Made by a program: the position numbers and the translations under genes | Part shown: positions 57,276 to 64,000 of the stretch, in pieces | Position numbering within the stretch: the stretch's first letter is position 1 | How the letters are laid out: each line of letters starts with the position of its first letter | Origin: an uncultured Bacilli bacterium | Lineage (GTDB): Bacteria > Bacillota_I > Bacilli_A > RF39 > UBA660 | Assembly: GCA_963931065.1 (NCBI GenBank) | Contig: OZ006970.1 | Span: 139,458 to 203,457, forward strand | DNA length: 64,000 nucleotides | Direction of reading: 5' to 3' | Notes under the pieces: generated by a model | The model's database searches: none | Told to the model about the DNA's origin: nothing | Seen by the model: only the letters and a program-made list of their open reading frames with translations

Positions 57276-59410
57276 ATAGACTTCCTTTCAGATATTTCTA
57301 CCATCTTTGCATTACCAAGCATCGTATCACCATGAACTCTTGAGTAAGAAAGGTATCCATTCATTCTATCTATCTTCGTCAAATCACTACTTCCACACTT
57401 AGGACAAGTATCCATATCTAATTCTTCATGTCCACAGTTATTACAGTAAGCAAGTGAAAGATTAACTCCTTCATAAAAACCTTTATCCATCGCTCTTTCT
57501 ACATAAGTAAGCATTGCCTTAGTATTATAACTCAAATTATAACGAACATACTGTATTCTTCCCCCTTTAAATAGTTCCCAAAATCTATCTTCCAAGTCTT
57601 GTTTTTCTATACCACTAATATCTTCCCAAACTCCACAATGGAAGCTGTTAGAAACGTATTCACGAGAACTAACTCCAGGAATAATACCATATTTCTTACG
57701 GAATTGTTTTATTTGAAGTCCACATAAACTCTCAGCAGGTGTTCCATATATTGCATAAAGAATATTATCTTCTTTTTTAAACTCAGTAGTCTTCTTATTA
57801 ATATATTTCATAACTTCAAGAGCAAAAGATCCATCTTCAACAATACTCTTACCATTATATAGAACTTGTAATTCATTTAAAGCCGTAATACCAAAAGATG
57901 CTGTAGAGCTTTTCAAAATAGGTTCAATAGATTCTTCTGGTTTCAAATTACCTCCGTAAAAACCACCTTGACAGTAAGCTAGAGGATTAGTAGAAGCTTT
58001 ACGTTTAGATAGATATCGATAAGTACGAATATGAATCCTACGTATCATCTCTAAGTAATAATCAAGTACCTCATAAAAGTCTTTTTGTTCTTCCCTTGCC
58101 TTAGCAAGTATCATAGGTAAATGCAATGATATCGCCCCTATATTAAATCTACCAATAAAGACAGGTTTATCTTTTTCATCAGCTGCATCCATTCCCCCAC
58201 GTTCATACCAAGGAGAAAGAAATGCACGGCATCCCATAGGACTAACAATTCTCTTATATTTCTTATACATCTCTCCCACATAACCTTCTCCTGATAATGA
58301 TAAATAATCAGGATACATTGTCTTCTCACTACATCTAATAGCAGTAAGAAAACTATCTCTTAACTCTCCCCCTTCACCATGTACTTTCTTATCATATAAG
58401 AACACAAGTTTAGGAAATACAGTAGGTCGCTTAAACCCTTTCTTACCTTGACCTTTTCTATGTACATCTAATATAGTCTTAGTAATCATAACCGCAAACT
58501 TATCTTTATCTACACCAAAAGTAAGAGTAACAAAAGGATAATCCCCTCTACTAGATGAAACAGTATTTAATTTATATTCAAATCCCTGATAACCCTGCTC
58601 ACACTCTCTTACTGTCTTCTTCCAAGCATAATCCTCCGCTTCAGAAACATATTCTTTTCCTTTAATATTTAAATACTCTTTATAATACATATCATAACTT
58701 TTCTTAGCATATTTCTTTAATACAGTATCAATCTCAGGAAGAGTAAAACCACCATACTGCATTGCAGTAGTATTAATAGTAACATCTCCTACTACATTAA
58801 AAGCAGTCTGTAATGTTTTAGGTTCTGTATACCAAATATTACTCATCTCAAAACCATCTTTTAAGACATTACCAATATCAAACAAACAACAATTCATCGT
58901 ATCACGTCTTGCACTCATATCATGAATATAGATATAACCATCTTTACAAGCTTCTATTTCAGCACTAGTTAAAAAGAATTTCTTATATAACTCTTTATTA
59001 AGACTATTATATATTAAACATCTTTGTGTCGTAACCAAAGCACTATCCATATTAGCACAATCTTTATCACCTATATAAGTAATAACCTGGCTCTTTTTAT
59101 AAACTTCATCTAATATATGAATAATATCTTTCTTATAATCTCTATACTCTCTATAACTCTTTGCAACCAAAGGATTAATAGTCTCTAAAGCTACTTCACA
59201 ACAACTATGTACTTGTTCAACAGTAGGATTACTTGTCTGTGTTTCTAAAAGTTCAACTACTTTATTAACAATTTTCTCCATCGCTTCATCAGTTAAATCA
59301 ACCATGACTCTCTCAGCACTACTTCTAACTGCTTTCCTAACTCGTTCAGAATCAAACTTTTCCAAATTACCATTTCTTTTTACAATCATAATATCCTTCA
59401 TGTACATCAA
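57272..59410 (-). CDS. nrdD: anaerobic ribonucleoside-triphosphate reductase catalytic subunit (copy 2, intact with fused glycyl-radical C-terminus)
   Basis: 712 aa ending CNNCGHEELDMDTCPKCGSSDLTKIDRMNGYLSYSRVHGDTMLGNAKMVEISERK, i.e. zinc ribbon plus glycyl-radical motif. Confidence 0.85.
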   Translation of the reverse strand: MMYMKDIMIVKRNGNLEKFDSERVRKAVRSSAERVMVDLTDEAMEKIVNKVVELLETQTSNPTVEQVHSCCEVALETINPLVAKSYREYRDYKKDIIHILDEVYKKSQVITYIGDKDCANMDSALVTTQRCLIYNSLNKELYKKFFLTSAEIEACKDGYIYIHDMSARRDTMNCCLFDIGNVLKDGFEMSNIWYTEPKTLQTAFNVVGDVTINTTAMQYGGFTLPEIDTVLKKYAKKSYDMYYKEYLNIKGKEYVSEAEDYAWKKTVRECEQGYQGFEYKLNTVSSSRGDYPFVTLTFGVDKDKFAVMITKTILDVHRKGQGKKGFKRPTVFPKLVFLYDKKVHGEGGELRDSFLTAIRCSEKTMYPDYLSLSGEGYVGEMYKKYKRIVSPMGCRAFLSPWYERGGMDAADEKDKPVFIGRFNIGAISLHLPMILAKAREEQKDFYEVLDYYLEMIRRIHIRTYRYLSKRKASTNPLAYCQGGFYGGNLKPEESIEPILKSSTASFGITALNELQVLYNGKSIVEDGSFALEVMKYINKKTTEFKKEDNILYAIYGTPAESLCGLQIKQFRKKYGIIPGVSSREYVSNSFHCGVWEDISGIEKQDLEDRFWELFKGGRIQYVRYNLSYNTKAMLTYVERAMDKGFYEGVNLSLAYCNNCGHEELDMDTCPKCGSSDLTKIDRMNGYLSYSRVHGDTMLGNAKMVEISERKSM

Positions 59411-59522
59411 CTACCTCTCTTATCTTACAAAAAATATTCTAACTCACAAGCTAAAAATATTACTGTTGCATTTGCAACAATAATAAAAATTTGATAAAAT
59501 TTGATAAATGAGGTGATACAAA

Positions 59523-60149
59523 ATGACGAAAACTTTAGATGAAACAAGACTTTTACAATTTAAAAAAAATTTGTCAAACTGTGTCAATGTTAAGAGTAAA
59601 GTATTTTACAACAAGGAACTAATACTTAGTTATTCTCCTATTAAAAAGAAAATAGGTTTTATTACTAAAGGCAAAGCGAACATAGTAAAGACTGATAAAG
59701 AAGGTAACACTACTATTATGAGAGATTTAAAAGAAAATGACATTTTCTCTAATCTTTTCTTTCAAGAGACAGAAGATGAAATTTACATTATCAGTAATGA
59801 AGAAACAGAAGTTATTTTTATAGATTATTATAATATTATCAAAAATTGTAATCAAAATTGTCCTTTTCATAACATTATAGTTTTAACATTATTTGATTTA
59901 TTAATAGAAGATAACAAACAACAAAATGAAAAGATTGAACTACTATCAAAAAGAACAGTAGAAGATAAAATATTATTTTTTCTAAAGCAAAGAATGAATA
60001 AGAATAATATCTTCAAGGTTACTACTTCTTATAAAGCAATTGCAGAATATCTCTTTGTAGATAGAGCAAACCTTATGAGAGAATTAAAAAAGATGGAAGA
60101 AAAAGGATTAATTGAAAGATATGAAAAAACAATTAAGATTAACTCCTAA
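59523..60149 (+). CDS. Crp/Fnr family transcriptional regulator
   Basis: N-terminal cNMP-binding-like beta-roll and C-terminal HTH (TSYKAIAEYLFVDRANLMRELKKMEEKGLI). Divergent from nrdD2. Confidence 0.65.
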   Translation: MTKTLDETRLLQFKKNLSNCVNVKSKVFYNKELILSYSPIKKKIGFITKGKANIVKTDKEGNTTIMRDLKENDIFSNLFFQETEDEIYIISNEETEVIFIDYYNIIKNCNQNCPFHNIIVLTLFDLLIEDNKQQNEKIELLSKRTVEDKILFFLKQRMNKNNIFKVTTSYKAIAEYLFVDRANLMRELKKMEEKGLIERYEKTIKINS

Positions 60150-60164
60150 TTGTTTAATATTATA

Positions 60165-60590
60165 TTATTGAAGTGCTAATGTAAACGGTTTCTCCTTAGT
60201 TCCTAGGCCTCCAGTTATTATTACATTAGATTTTAGATTTACAGAAGGCCGGACGCCGAGCGCGTACGAAGGAGAGTAGTTGTTCGCGCCACCACCGATG
60301 TTGACGAAACGCACGCGAGACGTACTATATGGTGTTAAGGTCCAATAAGTTGTATTATTACTATATCTATCAAATTGCCCTGACATTAATTCTCCAAAAC
60401 GAAGTAAGCCTACTTTAGCTTCTGTAGTTGAACTAGTTAAACTACTCATAACAGTATCTGTATATTTGGCTAATTTATATGATGTACCATCTCCTACAGT
60501 ACCTAAATACCACGTTGTACTATCTTCTATCATATCACTATATATACTGTCAACATAACTTGTTAAATATTCTCCATTTAAGAATGTTCC
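60165..60590 (-). pseudogene. 3' fragment of surface-protein paralog 3 (second repeat domain), separated from its 5' part by an IS insertion
   Basis: Reading frame is open from 60590 (AIGTFLNGEYLTSYVDSIYSDMIEDSTTWYLG...) to the stop at 60165. Aligns to the C-terminal 140 aa of paralog 1. Confidence 0.65.
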
Positions 60591-60595
60591 TATAG

Positions 60596-62092
60596 CTTAT
60601 AACCGGACAGTTTTTAAAATGATATAAAAATGACCTAGAGATTATCTAAGTCATTTTGTCTCTTAAAATTGAAATAAACAACCTTTTTTGATATTCTTAT
60701 ATAGAAAACAAAATAAAGAATAGAGGTTGTTTATGAATAAAGTATATAATACACAAGAAGAAATCGCAAGTAAAATGAAAGAAATTTTATTAAAAAGTAA
60801 TCCTTATATCAGAAAGACACAACTTAAAATTATTCCTTATATATCTTTAGGTATGATTTTATCTGAATCTTCTGTTGCAAGTGACATCGCAAAACATCTT
60901 AAAAATGATTTTTCTTTAGTTCAATTTGATTCTGTTATCAGAAGAATTAAACGTTTCTTTAAAAATAAATTATTTAATCCTTATGAATTTTATGATCAAA
61001 TTATTAAATATGTTATCTCTAATTATAAAACTAAACATTCTGACAAGACTGTTCATATTACTTTTGATCATATGTTTTCTCATGATAATTATACTGTTTT
61101 TATGATTTCTATGAGAGTTGGTAAACAAGGTATTCCTTTATGGTTTAGATGTTTTGAAAACAAAGATGATTCTGATGCTTTTAGTGAAGAACTGATTAAA
61201 GAAGGTATTTCTTATGTTTCTAATCTTTTTGATTCTTCCTATAAATTAATATTTCTTGCCGATAGATGGTTTAAATCCATTTCTTTGATGCAACACATTG
61301 ATTCATTAGGACATACTTTCTGTATTAGACTAAAAAATAACATTAAAGTATTTGTTTATGATAAAAAAGAGGGTCATAGGATTTGGAAATTTATTGAAGA
61401 TATAAAACCTCTTATGTATCACTCTAGAATTTTTAGAGATGTTTTACTTACTAATTACTCTTATAAAACTAACATAGTTATTAGTAAAAAAGATAGTGTT
61501 GATGAGCCTTGGATTATTGTCACTAACGGAGATCCTAAAAGAGCCATTAAAGATTATGGTTACCGTTTTGGTTCTATTGAAACTTTATTTAAAAATCAAA
61601 AATCTAACGGGTTTTATATAGAGTCCGTTGTTAAAGCAGGATTAGATTATTTTACCTCAATGTATTCTATAACCTGTTTTACAATTCTTTTCTTAACTAT
61701 ATTAGGTGCAGATTATTCTAAAAACACAAAATGTTATAAAAAAGTAAAAATAACTACTCATAAACACTTTATTCAAAATGGAGTTAGAATAAAGAAAAGA
61801 GTAATGTCTTTATTTAACACAGGACTTACTCTATTTCATCTTGCCTTTAACTCCTCGAGATACATTAGACTACCCTTTTCTTTTATTCTTTATGACATCT
61901 AAAAAAATTGAAAAAATTAAAGTTCTTTTTGTCGTGTATTAATTTATGTAAAAAGTGTAACTTTTAGTATCAAAAGTTACACTTTTTCTTCATTTAATCA
62001 TCTTTGCTACCAATTCATATACTGTTGGTCGTACTTTTATATCTATTTTCCCTTTGTTTTCCAACACTTTAATTAGAACTGTCCGTTGCTAA
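60596..62092 (+). mobile_element. IS4-family-like insertion sequence (about 1.5 kb) with 10-bp target site duplication
   Basis: Duplicated target gttcctatag at 60586-60595 and 62093-62102. Imperfect terminal IRs (cttataaccggacag / ctgtccgttgctaa). Rejoining the flanks restores ...SNTIGTFLNGEY..., the intact paralog sequence. Confidence 0.7.
60727..61902 (+). CDS. DDE transposase (IS4-like, DDE_Tnp_1 type)
   Basis: 391 aa with IFLADRWF and a C-terminal Y-x2-R-x4-E-x6-K-like signature (YGYRFGSIETLFKNQK). Confidence 0.55.
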   Translation: MFMNKVYNTQEEIASKMKEILLKSNPYIRKTQLKIIPYISLGMILSESSVASDIAKHLKNDFSLVQFDSVIRRIKRFFKNKLFNPYEFYDQIIKYVISNYKTKHSDKTVHITFDHMFSHDNYTVFMISMRVGKQGIPLWFRCFENKDDSDAFSEELIKEGISYVSNLFDSSYKLIFLADRWFKSISLMQHIDSLGHTFCIRLKNNIKVFVYDKKEGHRIWKFIEDIKPLMYHSRIFRDVLLTNYSYKTNIVISKKDSVDEPWIIVTNGDPKRAIKDYGYRFGSIETLFKNQKSNGFYIESVVKAGLDYFTSMYSITCFTILFLTILGADYSKNTKCYKKVKITTHKHFIQNGVRIKKRVMSLFNTGLTLFHLAFNSSRYIRLPFSFILYDI

Positions 62093-63570
62093 GTTCCTAT
62101 AGTATTACTACTTGAAAAACTAGTATTACTTCCAAAAGTGCTTTCTATATGAGATCCACTATTTTTTAAAGGAACAGCACTTACTATCTTTGTTCCTGTA
62201 CCATTTTCGTGACTTACTATCCTATATAGATTATTTTCATCATTACCAAATTTTATGTATTCTCCACTATATCTACTTGAAAGAAGTGTTACTGAAAGAT
62301 TAGTATCATTATCTCCGTTTAATCTATATGGATCATCTATTGTTCCATCACCGTCTACAATACGAACGCTAGATTTTAGATTTATTGATGGCCGGACGCC
62401 GTGCGCGCCAGACGGACTATAGTAGTCCACGATACCCATGTCGTTCACGCGACGCACGACCGACGCACCGTATGGTGTTAAAGTCCACCAAGTAAGTCCA
62501 TTATTTAAATAACCATTTGTTTCTCCATTATTACTAGACTGATATTCATACATATTTAAAAGTCCTACTGCATCTGTTACTATTGTACCACTATCGCTAG
62601 GTCTTGTTATACTTCCTAAACTAGTTGCATCTAATGTGGCATTCCATTTAGCATCTGTTACAATGAAATTCTCATAATCTCTCAAATTACCTAAGAAACC
62701 ATCTACTGTTGTATCATTTAACCAATCTTCCATATAACTTCCTTCAAAATTAGTTTGTTTCACAGGATTGTATATAGTTGCACTTATATTCCATTGTGTC
62801 ACTAACTTAGTAGATTTCGCTTCATTATTTACAGACACTGCTCTCCATAACTTACCACTATACCATACATAGTTATTAGGGTCAGTGCCAGTTATAAATG
62901 TATCTATATCATCATCATATTGGTTTTCTTTTGGTATATTATTAAGCAAAACAGTTGATACTTCCTCTGCTACTCTATCTTGTCCATATACATTTATCTT
63001 TACACTAAATTGTAAGTTACCTCCATCGCCTTGTGGATTATATTCTTCTGTTACATACATTCTAAGTCTATATCTATTTGTCTCACTAGAATTCATGCTA
63101 CTTGTATATAAACTCATCTCTCCTGATGGTCTTCCTGTGTAATCATTAGCAGTTGCCTCTTCGTTATATACTTCTGGTGTCATTAATTCTTCTTCACCAT
63201 CATCTGTTAATCTTGTTAGATATAATTTTATATTTGAACCATCTATCTTTCTATCTGATGTTGTTACATCTTTCGCGCTTATCTCATAGTTAATATTAAC
63301 ATCTCCTGCTATCTTACTACTTACTGTAAAATCAAAATACTCTCCATCTGTTAATCTTGTCTTACCTGTTTTATCTGTTGTTGGTAAAGCCCCTGTTAAA
63401 CTTATTGTATTATCTGTCTCTTCATAAGACATTGTTATTGATCCTGTTGTTATTGAGTTTAGTTTAGTACCTGTAGCACTATAATTAAATACAGCCCAAC
63501 TTACCCCTATTACTGCTATTACCATTACCATTAACAATACTATTATTATGATATTTTCCTTTTTCTTCAT
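62089..63570 (-). pseudogene. 5' fragment of surface-protein paralog 3 (signal anchor plus first repeat domain), truncated by the IS insertion
   Basis: 493 aa ending ...SSSNTIGT* where the stop is created at the IS junction. Shares the N-terminal architecture and repeat motifs (GLLNMYEYQSS, WWTLTPY, GVRPSINLKSS) with paralogs 1 and 2. Confidence 0.65.
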
Positions 63571-63758
63571 TTTTTACTCCTCCTTTTATTTTTAATAGAC
63601 TTTCCCAAATTACTATCTTTCATACTATATAAATAGTATCATAGGCACCTGCAAATATCAATAATCTTGACATTATAAAAGAATAGAATACCTCTCTACT
63701 CTATTCTTCTTGCACTATAAAAGAAAGTAATTTTATTACTTAAATTACTACTAAACTG

Positions 63759-63767
63759 CCCCCCCCC
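63759..63767 (-). repeat. G9 homopolymeric tract (C9 on plus strand) upstream of paralog 3
   Basis: Second G9 tract, embedded in a module (63684-63770) that is about 85% identical to 31481-31568. Confidence 0.8.
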
Positions 63768-63910
63768 AGATAACATTTTGTAAACACGGAATTTTAGAAA
63801 AATGACGAATTATTTTACCCCAAAAATTAAAATTAGTCATATCTATACCTCCACTTCTCTTATCTTTGTTAACTTAATATTATCATAATCTAAATAATTT
63901 ATGCAATAAC

Positions 63911-64000
63911 TATTTTCCTCTACTATGTAAATTATTAATATCTTCTAATTCATTATGAACTTGCTTAACTACTTTATAATTAATACCATCAGAACTCTCT
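63911..64000 (-). CDS. 3' end of an unidentified CDS (continues beyond window)
   Basis: Open minus-strand frame ...ESSDGINYKVVKQVHNELEDINNLHSRGK* ending at the stop at 63911-63913. Confidence 0.3.

Noticed and set aside
60241-62476. GC-rich patches explained as a diversity-generating retroelement variable region
   Set aside because: Not adopted as a call: no reverse transcriptase or template repeat is in the window, and the patches are depleted in both A and T rather than showing adenine-specific substitution. Kept only as one hypothesis to test.
1-64000. CRISPR arrays, rRNA genes
   Set aside because: No regularly spaced direct repeats and no rRNA-like conserved segments were seen. The only structural RNA recognised is tRNA-Gly; the only riboswitch-like element is the ileS T-box.

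Overview
AT-rich (about 25-28% GC) chromosomal window from a low-GC, apparently spore-forming Firmicute (Clostridia-like; organism not identified). Most genes are on the minus strand. The backbone shows conserved synteny: glyQS - LOG - PAP2/DgkA fusion - recO - era ... ybeY - dgkA - VanZ-like - yqfD - yqfC - rpsU, followed by a tRNA-Gly, a Ca2+ P-type ATPase, tex, murE, T-box-controlled ileS, two tandem anaerobic ribonucleotide reductase modules (nrdD/nrdG) flanking dut and tdk, and a Crp/Fnr regulator. Several accessory and mobile elements are inserted into this backbone. Four IS elements are present: an ISL3-type at the 3' end of rpsU, a frameshifted IS1595-type, an IS1202/ISNCY-like element with 18-bp direct repeats, and an IS4-like element with a 10-bp target duplication that splits a surface-protein gene. 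A phage-like insertion (KilA-N, RhuM, a RhuM remnant, HAD) sits in the ybeY-era operon. A class IIb-like two-peptide bacteriocin locus is present (two double-glycine leader peptides, a small membrane protein, a C39-peptidase ABC exporter and a divergent XRE regulator). Downstream of tRNA-Gly lies a decayed island containing a MazF/PemK-like fusion protein. The most unusual part is a cell-envelope cluster: a thioester-domain adhesin with CnaB/SpaA repeats and a VPNTG sorting signal, a glucosaminidase, a 3D-domain protein, and a family of at least three paralogous surface-protein genes with tandem internal repeat domains. Two of these paralogs are preceded by a conserved intergenic module carrying a G9 homopolymer, which is a candidate phase-variation switch. 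The IS-disrupted paralog contains two short, strikingly GC-rich recoded segments at homologous hypervariable loop positions. Also notable is an nrdD that is split from its glycyl-radical domain, which is encoded as a separate 56-aa ORF.
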